The notes under the pieces were generated by a model that was not told the origin of the DNA, searched no databases, and worked only from the letters and a program-made list of their open reading frames with translations. A stretch of DNA of 64,000 nucleotides from Lama guanicoe (Eukaryota). The stretch covers positions 5,302,071-5,366,070 of the forward strand of contig MU053810.1 of the NCBI GenBank assembly GCA_013239625.1. Direction: 5' to 3'. The position numbers and the translations under genes are program-made. The first letter of the stretch is position 1. Every line of letters starts with the position of its first letter. Of the stretch, positions 25,565-36,652 are shown one piece after another.

Positions 25565-28199
25565 CAATTTCTTTATCCGTTCATCCATCAATGGACACTT
25601 AGTTTGCCTCCACATCTTGGTTATTGTAAATAATACAGCAGTGAACATGGGTGTATAGATGTTTTCAAGTTAGTGTTTTTGTTGCCTTCTGTTCACGCAG
25701 ATGTGAAGTTGCTAGATAATATGGTAGTTATATTTTTAATTATTTGAGGAATCTCCATACCATTTTCCACAGTGGCTCTACCAATTTACCTTCCTACTAG
25801 CAGTGCACAAAGGTTCCCTTTTCTCCCTATCCTCACCAATACTTGTCATTTTTTTAAAAAAATTATAGTCATTCTAACAGATGTAAAGTGATATCTCATT
25901 ATGGTTTTGATTTGCGTTTCCCTGATAAGTAGTGATGTTGAGCACCTTTTTGTGTACGTATTGGCCATCTGTATGTCTTCCTTTATTACATACATGATTA
26001 GGTCCTTTATTAGATACATGATTTGCAAATATTTTCTCCTATTTGGTAGGTTCACTCTCCTTTTGTTGATGGTTTCCTTTGCCGTGTAGAAGGTTTTTAG
26101 TCTGATGTAGTTCCACCTGTTTATTTTTGATTTTGTTGCCTTTGCTTTGGTGTCAAATCCAAAAAAATCATCATCAAGATTGATGTCTAAAAGCTTATTG
26201 CTTATATTTTTTTCTAGGTGTTATATGATTTCAGGTCTTATATCCAAGTCTTTAATCCATTTTGGGTTAATTTTTGTGTATGCTGTAAGACAGTGGTCCA
26301 GTTTCATTCTTTTGTGTGTGGTGGTCCAGTTTTCCCAGCATCATTTATTAAAGATACTGTCTTTTCCCCATTTGTATATTTTAGCTTCTTTGTCATAAAT
26401 TAATTGACCCTATATGTGTGGGTTTATTTCTGGGCTCTCTAGTCTGTTTCTTTGATCTATGTGTCTGTTTTTATGCCGATACCATACTGTTTTGATTACT
26501 ATAGCTTTGTAAAGTCATTTGAAACCATCAGCAGTGGGATGCTGCCGGCATTGTTCTTACTCATGATGGGTTTAGACATTCAGGGTCTTTTATGGATCCA
26601 TACAGATTTTAGGACTGTTTGTTCTATTTTTGGGGGAAAATGCCATTGAAATTTTGATAGAGATTGCATTGAATCTGTAGATTGCTTTGGATAGTATAGA
26701 CATTGTAACAATATTAATTCTTCCAGTCCATGACCATGGAGTATCTTTCTATTACTTATGTCTTCAATTTCTTTCATCAATGTTTTATAGTTTCCAGGGT
26801 ACAAATTTTTCACCTTCTTGGGTTAAATTTATTCCTACACCAGATGAGTGTAGAAGCTCCTTTATGGGAAATACTAGCAGGCTGCAGTGAGGCAGAGAGA
26901 GAGCACAAAGCTGGTGTCCCCCAGCCTCTGTCCCTGGAAAGCACCTCCATAGGCTCCTATAAGTGTGCCAAACCCGAGGTCTGCCCCCTAGACCAAAGCT
27001 CCAAGACAAATAAATAGGCCACCTTCACAGAAAGACTGGGTGTGTTTCAGGCAGCTGTCTGCACTGGGGTGGGAGCCGGCCAAGAGCTGTCTTTCCGTCT
27101 GTTCTAGTACCATGAATGCGAGCCCTGCTGATCACCAGAGCCAGGTAATCTAGGGGTGTTCCCTGGGCAGCAGCCACAAAAACTGGGGCAGAGATGTGTG
27201 TACAGGCTCCCCTCTGGAGCAGGGCAGAGGGAAATTACAAAGATAGAATCCACCCTCCAAGGTCTCTGGAGAGGGGCCTGAAGTCCACCCTTAGACGTGT
27301 GTTTATTAGAAGCCTGCCCTTCAGGCTGCAGCTCTGAAGATAAGCTAATAAGCCACTTTCACACAGAGACTGGGTGCGTGGTCGGTTGCCTTTCTGCTGT
27401 GCCCCAGGAGTGTCAGCTGGTGAAGAAGTCTTTCTCTGCTTGTTATAATCCTGTAGGACCCACCAGCACAGTACCGCTGGCCACAAGAGCCAGGAGACGT
27501 AGAAGAGTCTCCTGGGTGACAGCTGCAAAACTCAGGGTGCCAGATAAGTTAGGAGCTCCTTTCTGGGAGACACCAGCCGCTTGGAATGAGGAAGAGGAGG
27601 AGCACAAAGATGGCAGCCCCTGGACTCCATTCAGTCGGAGTCTGGTTGTGTGTTCAACTGAATGCCTGCCCCTCGGTACAATGTTTTAAGATAAGCAAAT
27701 AAGCCACTTTCACAGACAGTCTGGGCACCTCTGAGCTGCCTGCCTCTGCCTGGTCCCTGGGGTGAGTGGGTCCAAGCACCTGAGCCCTTTAAGAGTTGTG
27801 TCCCAGTTTGCAGTAGTCTTAAGGGTCTCATGGAACAAGCCCTCTTGGCTTCCTAAGCTAGACGTTTGGGGGGCTCATCTCTCGGGTGCAGGTCTTAAGA
27901 GCTGGGGTGCTGATGGGTGGTTTAAACCTTTGCTCCTCAGGGAGAAGCTCAAGGTGTTGAGTTCCCTCCTGACTGTGGGCCACCACGGTGTGGGTGGTGG
28001 GGTTTATGGTGAGACTATGTCTCAACCCCTCCTACCCGCTTCAGTGTGGGTTTTTCCTCATTTGCCTGATGTATAGGAATCACTCAGTTAGTCTGGTGGA
28101 GTTTTTCAGGGGAAACTGTTCCTTTCCTGTAGATTTGGTATGTCTGTGGGACGAGGTGAGTTCAGGATCTCCCTAAATCACCATCTTGATCCAGAACCT
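25012..28199 (-). mobile_element. LINE-1 with 3' end/ORF2 (25012-26837) joined directly to a 5'UTR monomer region (26838-28199)
   Basis: T-tail at 25012. ORF2 remnants KNLYPGNYKTLMKEIED and STSLLIRETQIKTIMRYHFT. (AT)n at 25521-25563. Three ~350-bp diverged monomers start near 26843, 27192 and 27543. YY1-like caagatggtg (minus strand) near 28180-28189. Confidence 0.8.
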
Positions 28200-29537
28200 A
28201 TTTATTCATCTTGAGCTTTGGACCAGTACAGGAAGCAATTGTGAAATGCTAGGTATGCAAGGTTACCTAATGTGGTTATTGTGGGTAAGAAACTGGTCTC
28301 ATCTGGAGTTTTAAATGCATTATTCTTATAAGAAAAAATAGTGCACAGGGAACTACCTGGCTATCAGGTCAGCCTGGAAGAGATGGAGTTCTTGTAACCA
28401 CAAAGTCACCCAGCCCAGCTCTCCACAATACAAGAATATCTGGAAACAGATGTCAGAAATTGCCTAAATATGTTTTCTGCTCAAGAGAGATAGTATTCTG
28501 TGACAGTGTTACCTGTGATGAACCCAGGTAATGAGTTCAATACTGGGACCAACACTTGGAGAAAGTTCATAAAAGGAAGTTTCACTTTTTTTTTTTAAGA
28601 AGCAAAGGGCAGAGGTATATCCAGAAATTATGGGTTAATAGTCATAGTAACTGCTATTATTTATTGAATTCCATGATGCCAGGTACTTGCTTATTGCTTT
28701 ACCTGTATTTCTCTCCTCATGTTAAGTCCCATATTAAACCATTTGAGAGATGAGCACATTGAGTCAAAGTTTAAGTGACTCACCCAAGACCACACAGCTA
28801 GTAAACGGCAGAGCCACAGTGATTCTCTCATCCTGGTTCTATCCCATTATGCACACTGCCATGGATGAGGCTTAAAGGAACTGGAGAGACATTACCAGAA
28901 GAGGCCACTCTGAAGTACTATGCAGGAATCACCTGCCCAGTGTATCTACTTCCAACAGTGGAACAAGCTGACTTGGAAAGAGGCGATCCTCCCAGTGGGG
29001 AAGACTGTTATTAAAGAAATATGGAACTAGATGAAGTCTAAGGCTCCCACCAAGCCTGGGAGCTGATGCCAACACAGAGGCATTTTGTTGGAAGGAATAA
29101 AGAATGACAATGCACTTGTGTTGCAAAGACTCAAATCAGTACATACAAGTCAGGAAAGAGAAGTATTTTCCCATCTATTTTTGGAGCTGCCTGGGGTTTG
29201 CCAACTATATCTGGGTGTTCTTTTTGCAATATCTAGGTCCTCATCATAGTACACAGCAAAAGTTTTGAAGTCTTTCCTTGTCTATGTCTTCCCCTAGACT
29301 CTAGTTCTTTCAGGGTGAAATGCCAGCTCTTATTCATTTTTGTACTCTTCTAAATTAGCATACAGACCAGAAGGTGCTAAATAAGTTTGTTAAAATGAAC
29401 TGTCTAAAAAACAAATTCGATCATGTCTTTACCTGATTCAAAATATCTTGTTTCTCTCTATTGCCTCTAGGAAAATGTCCAAGTTACTCAACATGGAGTA
29501 AAGACTCTCCATGATTTGTCCTCTTTCTGCTTCTGTT

Positions 29538-29735
29538 GCATGTTCATCTCTAGGTCCATCCATGTTGCTGCAAATGGCATTATTTCAGTCTTTTTTATGG
29601 CTGAGTTATACTCCATTGTATTTATATACCACATCTTCTTTATCCATTCACCTGCCGATGGACATTTAGGTTGCTTCCATGTCTTGGCTATTGTAAATAG
29701 TGCTGCTATGAACATTGGGGTGTCTGTGTCTTTTC
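29538..29735 (-). mobile_element. Internal fragment of young L1 ORF2 (no tail, no TSD)
   Basis: ORF 29488-29715 [42 protein letters not shown]. Confidence 0.9.
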
Positions 29736-29981
29736 ATGAGTGGGATTAGTGTTCTAATAAATGAGACCCCAGAGAGCTCCCTTGTCCCTTTCACCATACA
29801 AGGACACAGTCAGAGTGCAATCATTTGTAAACCAGGAAGTGGTCCCTCACCAGATGCCAAATCTTCTGGCAACTTGACCTTGGACTCCCCAACCTCCAGA
29901 ACTGTAAGAAATAAATTTCTGTTGTTTGTAAGCCACCCAGTTTATGGTATTTGGCTATAACAGTGCAAAGAGACTAAGATA
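29734..29981 (+). mobile_element. MLT1A-like MaLR LTR, 3' part
   Basis: catgagtgggattagtg...gagaccccagagagctccc...aataaatttctgttgttt..gccacccagtttatggtat...gactaagata. Confidence 0.85.
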
Positions 29982-30153
29982 CCTTCCTTTTCAGGAAAAA
30001 CTGTGATAATGAGTCAATGACTGATTCTTTAGTCCAACTCACAGACCACTGCTAGCTCCAGAACTCAGCTGTTGACTTATCACTGTTATGGAGTTTCCTT
30101 TATGATTAACATGAAAAAATAGGTAAAAAATATGACAAGATCTCTCTGTTTAG

Positions 30154-31248
30154 TTTTTTTTNNNNNNNNNNNNNNNNNNNNNNNNNNNNNNNNNNNNNNN
30201 NNNNNNNNNNNNNNNNNNNNNNNNNNNNNNNNNNNNNNNNNNNNNNNNNNNNNNNNNNNNNNNNNNNNNNNNNNNNNNNNNNNNNNNNNNNNNNNNNNNN
30301 NNNNNNNNNNNNNNNNNNNNNNNNNNNNNNNNNNNNNNNNNNNNNNNNNNNNNNNNNNNNNNNNNNNNNNNNNNNNNNNNNNNNNNNNNNNNNNNNNNNN
30401 NNNNNNNNNNNNNNNNNNNNNNNNNNNNNNNNNNNNNNNNNNNNNNNNNNNNNNNNNNNNNNNNNNNNNNNNNNNNNNNNNNNNNNNNNNNNNNNNNNNN
30501 NNNNNNNNNNNNNNNNNNNNNNNNNNNNNNNNNNNNNNNNNNNNNNNNNNNNNNNNNNNNNNNNNNNNNNNNNNNNNNNNNNNNNNNNNNNNNNNNNNNN
30601 NNNNNNNNNNNNNNNNNNNNNNNNNNNNNNNNNNNNNNNNNNNNNNNNNNNNNNNNNNNNNNNNNNNNNNNNNNNNNNNNNNNNNNNNNNNNNNNNNNNN
30701 NNNNNNNNNNNNNNNNNNNNNNNNNNNNNNNNNNNNNNNNNNNNNNNNNNNNNNNNNNNNNNNNNNNNNNNNNNNNNNNNNNNNNNNNNGATTTGCATTT
30801 CTCTGATAATTAGTGATATTGAACATTTTTTCATGTGCTTTTTGATCATTTGTATGTCTTCCTTGGAGAATTGCTTGTTTAGGTCTTCTGCCCATTTTTG
30901 GATTGGGTTGTTTATTTTTTTCTTATTGAGTCGTATGAGCTGCTTATATATTCTGGAGATCAAGCCTTTGTCGGTTTCACTTGCAAAAATTTTCTCCCAT
31001 TCCGTAGGTTTTCTTCTTGTTTTACTTCTTGTTTCCCTTGCTGTGCAGAAGCTTGTAAGTTTCATTAGGTCCCATTTGTTTATTCTTGCTTTTATTTCTT
31101 CTAGGAGAAAATTTTTGAAATGTATGTCAGATAATGTTTTGCCTATGTTTTCCTCTAGGAGGTTTATTGTATCTTGTCTTATGTTTAAGTCTTTAATCCA
31201 TTTTGAGTTGATTTTTGTATATGGTGTAAGGGAGTGTTCTAGCTTCAT
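30154..31248 (-). mobile_element. Young 5'-truncated L1 spanning the gap
   Basis: Stop-free ORF2 frame [24 protein letters not shown]...[12 protein letters not shown] at 30790-31248; T-run entering the gap at 30154-30161. Confidence 0.9.
30162..30789. other. Assembly gap (628 N)
   Basis: Run of N. Confidence 1.
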
Positions 31249-32799
31249 TGTTACTTTTGTTAAAATGTAGTTATTTTAGATTAGAAGTGATGTTTGGAGT
31301 AGCATTCCACACCTACATCATATGACATAATGAGACTATAACTACCCCCGTACCACTGCTGGCCCCATGACTGCATCTTCATTTATTAAGCACCAGTTGT
31401 GTACTGGGCACTATTCCTGGTGCTAAAAGTATCTCTTCTTTAACCCTCAATGCAACTTTGAGGTAGCTATTCTTACATAAGTACACTGATGTTTGTAAGA
31501 TATTGATTGGTGAAGGGTTAATAGCATCAATCTTTTAGATTTAGTGTAAGAAGTATGAGAAAATGCATTTGAGAGTGTTTTCAAACAGTAAACCTCTACA
31601 CAAATAGATGATTTTATTCCCAACAACTTATTTAAAAAGGAGACACACTAAAATTTGAGTATATGTAATATTTGTCTGATTGTCCAGTTATGTCCTATAT
31701 CAAGACTATTGTTGATCTGGTAACTCATAACTCAGAGCCTTAAATGTCAAATGGAATTCTTCTCAGACATAGACATTAGATGTGAGTGAGATATCTTCAC
31801 GTACAGAATCATAGAATGCTAGGTCTGATAGGAAACTTTGATAGCTCCCAGTTCAATGTCTTTATTTTACAAAGATGGGACTTGAAATACCAGGAGGCTG
31901 GCTTAGTGTAGTGTCATCAGAAGTCTGTTCTGGCAAGTCCTGGATGACAAAGGGGTTGGCAACAAGGGAGAGATAGCTACGGAAATGGGTTTGGAGAAAC
32001 TGAGTTTGCTTTGGGGAAAAGGAGTCAGGGGAAGGGGAACAAATCATCCAGACACAATATCAGAAATGGTGCCACAGCCTCAATCCTCATTCCTGAAGCC
32101 TTCCCTCTGTGTGGCATCAAAGAATCCAGACAGCAGAGTCAGGTGGGCTGGGGTTCCAGACTCTGACCAGGAGGATGGCTGGGTCACTGCATCTCAGGCT
32201 TAGGCCAGTGTGTCTGAATTCCAACACCACACCCAAGTCGGACTCTACTGCTAGCTTCATCAAAGGATTTGGGAGTTGGGGAATTGGAAGTTGGGGAGGC
32301 AGGATGGTCCTGGCCAAAGAGCTGTAGTTAGTGAATGTCAGAGCTGAGCCCAGAATCCAGCTCTCCTGATCCCTCCTCCATCCTCCACTCTGCCTGTCGG
32401 TTTTGAGTCTACCTTTTGCCATGGTCTTCTTTCTGGAACCTCAACTGTCTCTTTAGCAAAAGCTTTTCTTGCAAAAGAATTAACAATATTATTTATGCAA
32501 CTCTGTAATTGGGAGAAGGAGAGGTTTGAGGAGTGTTCCATGTCTGCATCAGATCACATAATGGAAATGGGGATCCCTCCACCCCCCTGTCAGCACTGTG
32601 ACCACCACCTACACGTGTCAAGCACCGACTGTATGTCAGGCACTACATCAGGCGCTATGAGGGGATCTATTACGTGGTGGTGGTTACTCTTACATAGTGC
32701 GCTGATGTGTACAGACCATACATAACCACATACAGGGACCAAATGAATCTACTTCTTTCTGCTGTCTGTTCACTGATAATGAAATGTGTTTATTCTGCC

Positions 32800-33360
32800 A
32801 TTTATAGCCTGGAGCATTGAAAGAACTCAGGCTTTGAAGCCTGCTTCTGACACCTACTTGCTGTGTTAACTTGAAAAATTCCTTAACTTCTCCAAACCTC
32901 GGTTCTCATCACAGATGTAACACTTTCTGCTTTTCAAGGTCATTATGATACGTGTAAGCAACCTAACCTAGCTCCTGGCATGTAGTGAGCAGTCTGTAAG
33001 TGATAGCTATTATTGTATTGTTACTTCTGTTAATGATACTTTTTTATCAGACCAGTCAAAAGAAAATGAATAAAGCTTAAATTGAGTCCACTCAAAAGCA
33101 ATAATGATAATAATAATTATAACATTAGCAACTATTGCCAATCACTTTCTACATTTTGGGTGCTGTTTAATAAAAATTATCTGTATTATCTCATTTAATC
33201 CTCACAACGCCTTTGCTATCTGTTTAAAGTTCATTGTAAGAATCAGTGAGTAAATACTTGTGAGTACTGGGAATTGTTTCTGGCATATAGTAAGTTCTGG
33301 ATGTGTTTATTAAAATTAAAGAACATAATACTGTAATTTGCCCCATTTATCAGATAGGGA
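32800..33360. mobile_element. Cluster of MIR fragments
   Basis: ccttaacttctccaaacctcggttctcatc, ctcatttaatcctcacaac and ccccatttatcagatagggaaac motifs. Confidence 0.65.
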
Positions 33361-33381
33361 AACGTTGTTCCTAGGCCTTAA

Positions 33382-33462
33382 TGGTGGCAAAGGCAAGTAC
33401 CCCTGGAAAGGCATCCTTTGAGGCATGAGACTTTAAAACTTCAACAGCTTTCACATCCCTTC
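33382..33462 (+). repeat. Dispersed ~82-bp element, copy A (also at 47029-47110 and 49274-49355)
   Basis: Manual alignment with 47029-47110 gives 8 mismatches and 1 gap over 82 columns. Confidence 0.9.
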
Positions 33463-35511
33463 TTTAGACAATGATTTCTTCCAACCCCCTCACGTCTAGT
33501 TCTCTCTCTGAGCATCTGCTTGGGTGGTCCTTTGGCTCCACAGAGAGCACCTGGGCTCCACAAGTCTCTTGCTGATCCCATAGGGACCTTTAAAAGTCAG
33601 CATTTTCTCTTAAGAGCCTTATAGTTTAAAACAGCCCCACGTCCGTCCACACTGTATGTAGCAGGTCAACACAGATCAGAAATCTACCTGCCTGTTTTCC
33701 CCTCTCTGTGCGTTTTCCTGGACTGTAGAGACTGTTGCTAATCCCTGCTCTGCACACATCTGTAAAGCATTCACCCAGGGTCTCAAGAAACACATTCCTG
33801 GAACTGTGCATTCGTGTTACACGATTATACAGAAGCAGTGTGGGGACAGACGAGCCCTTATAGCTGCTTGCGTCCGGACAGCCAGGGATGTGACCAGACG
33901 CACAGTTCTCAGCACCATCGGTCGGTCACCTTTTCCTCTGAGCGACCTCTACCGCGTATGTCTGCACCGAAAGCCTCACTTGTCTTCGGAGGCAGTGATT
34001 CTGATCCATTCGATAAGAAAACCACCATCGTTTGCATCCATGGCTCGCGAATCCTGCTTTGCCTTTCAAGTCTGCTAAGTTCTCAAACACAGGCGAGATG
34101 AAAAACATATTGTGCATCCCCCGGGGACTATTTAAAATGTACAAGATAAATATTTCTCCTTTGAATGTACTTAACTTAGCAAGCCCGTGTCTGGTTTGTG
34201 TCCGTTCAGTCACCACGCCGACATGGTGTTTGCCAGCCCTTCATTTAGCAGAGCTGAAATGAGCGGGGAAAGCACACGTCAGCACCCGGGTCCTTTCGGC
34301 ACAGCAGGGCTCACAAGGGCTGCCAAGTCTCCCTCCATCACACGATGCCTTTCAGATAAGGTTAACTCCGCAGCTGGCCCGGCCTCGTGTTAGTGTTTTA
34401 TGGTGACAGATCTGCTGGCTCCGGGTCTCCCCTGGCAATAAATCCCTTGGGAGGAAAATCTACCCAGAAAGTCCACCAGCAAGTGGGTAGGGGTGGGGCG
34501 CTGGGCCTGGGCCTGGGCCTGACAGCTTTTGTCTTGTCAGGGCCAGCTCCAAACCACCTCCTTCCTTTCCACCCTCCCCCCTACCCGGGGATCCTGAAGA
34601 ATTTCTGAATGTAGAGGGAAAAACCAAGACAGCAGCAACACCTTCCTTCTGGCATCCTCTGACTTCACCCAGCTTAACTGCTGTACTTTTAAGTAAGACT
34701 GAGAATGACCTTGTCTCACACCGTTTCCAGAAAGCTAGCCTGTCCCTTCCTCCTGCCCTAATTTGTCCCAGGGTGTGTAGGGGACCAGGGAACAGGCAGG
34801 GTGGGGTGCTCGGATTCCCTTCTGTGGTTGGAGTGTTTGATCATCATGCTTGTGGGGCTCAGTGTCTGATACTATCTTTGTGTTCTATTTGAAGGTCTTC
34901 TTTGGTTATGAGAAAAATTCAACAATAAAAGAAACCTCACTGGGTGCAGGAAAAATATGCCTTTGTTAGGACAGGGGACACTTAGCACTCCAGGGACAGT
35001 GCTCAATAGGAGAATGGCTTCTGGGTCTCCCTGCCTTGGATCCCTGTCTTCAAGGGACATCTCATGAGGAAGCCCCACCTTTGAAGGAATTTTTCCTGTG
35101 AAAGGAGGGTGTTGAATGGAACATCAACCAATGACATCTCTGGAAGACACCCAAGGCTTTGAGGAGCAGAGCTAGGGAAACATCTGGATGTAAAGGGATC
35201 GTGCAGCCTGGGTTCTGGCTTTAGGTCTGCTGTGACCTCCTTGGATGGGATCCAGCAAGCAAGTCCATACTTTAGGTCTTGTTTTTGTCCCTGTAAATGA
35301 GTGAGTGTTCAGATGAGAACAGTGGGTGGAATTCAGTTCACTAGGCACAGCGCCTCCTGCTTGACCAGGTTTGCAGAGGAGCATTGAGGGTTGGTGCAGA
35401 GGACTCGAAGCCAGAATTCCCTCTGTTGTCTTTCTTCCTCCCCTCCCAGCTCCCACATCACTTTGGATCAGCGAGAGATGACATTCTGCCTGGAGTCTCC
35501 TGGCATCCCCA

Positions 35512-35865
35512 GTGTCTTGGTGCAAAGTTCCATGGACTGGATAGCTTACAACCAACAGAAACTTATTCCGTATGGTTTGGGAGGCTGGGGGTCCAAGCTC
35601 AGGACACCAGTATAGTTAGGTTCTGGTGAGGACCCTCTTCCTGGCTGCAGACAACACACAGCCTTCTGGCTGTGTCCTCGCACAGCAGGAGGGGTGATGG
35701 ATCTCTCCAGGGTCCCTTTAGTAAGGGCACTAATGTCATTCATGGGGGCTCCACCCTCGTGACCCACTTACCTCCCCAAAAGCTCCATATCCTAATCCCA
35801 TCACTTTAGAGGTTAGGGTTTCAACTTACAAATTTGGGGGGTACTCAAACATTCAGTCTATAACA
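35512..35865 (-). mobile_element. MLT1A-like MaLR solo LTR
   Basis: aacaaccaacagaaacttatt...ttctggtgaggaccctcttcctggctgcagac...gggttt caact...aacattcagtctataaca. Confidence 0.85.
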
Positions 35866-36341
35866 CCCAACCACCCCATATATTGCAGATCAGGCAAACT
35901 TAGGCATGTCCTGTCTTCTTCCCACTTTGGGGTTTCCTGTGGCTTATTTTGGAATGTATCTGTGGCTATACATCCTTCATTTTCCTTCTTACCTTTTCAT
36001 TAAAAAAACCATGAAGTTTTGTGTTCTAGGGAACATGAGGTCTCAGTGATTTACAAGAGCTGGGAGAGGGAGCTGGAGTCTAAGGCTATGGACACAGATA
36101 AGGTGGGGGTGTCACAAGTCCCCAGCTTTTGCACAAGGCTAAAAGATGTTGATGTTTCTGGAATATCAAAAGCCATTATCCTTGACCTCAGGCCATCATT
36201 TCCTCTAGGCTCCTGCCTCACTGGGGGTCTCTGGTTCTCAGAATCTGCATTGATAAGATAAGTAAGCTGAGTTTGCTGATTGCCAAGATGCCTTCTAATT
36301 CTAACCTCCTTTTGTGATGCTGTTCCATATACCTCTTTAAA

Positions 36342-36652
36342 AGAATTATTAAAGTGTAGTTGATTTCTAATGTTAGCTTCAGGTGTACAGCAAAGTGATT
36401 CAGTTATACACCCACATACATTTTTTTTTCAGATTCTTTTCCATTGTATGTTATTACAAGAAGTTGAATATAGTTCCCTGTGCCATACCATAGGTCCTGG
36501 TTGTTTATCTATTTTATATACAGTAACATGTGTCTGTTAATCCCCAGCCCCTAATTTATCCCTCCCCTCTTCCCTGTCCTTTCTCCTGTGGTAACCATAG
36601 TTTATTATCTATGCCGTGAGTCTGTTTTTGGTTTATAAATAGAATTTGCATC
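36342..36652 (-). mobile_element. Short L1 3' end with perfect 13-bp TSD
   Basis: atacctctttaaa at 36329-36341 and 36653-36665 flanks L1 3'UTR sequence. Confidence 0.9.

Noticed and set aside
26843..27720. Spaced ~350-bp repeats considered as a novel array or CRISPR-like structure
   Set aside because: Eukaryotic context and diverged long units; best explained as L1 5'UTR monomers.
30086..30895. 224-380 aa ORFs
   Set aside because: They read through the N gap; only the L1 ORF2 part is real.
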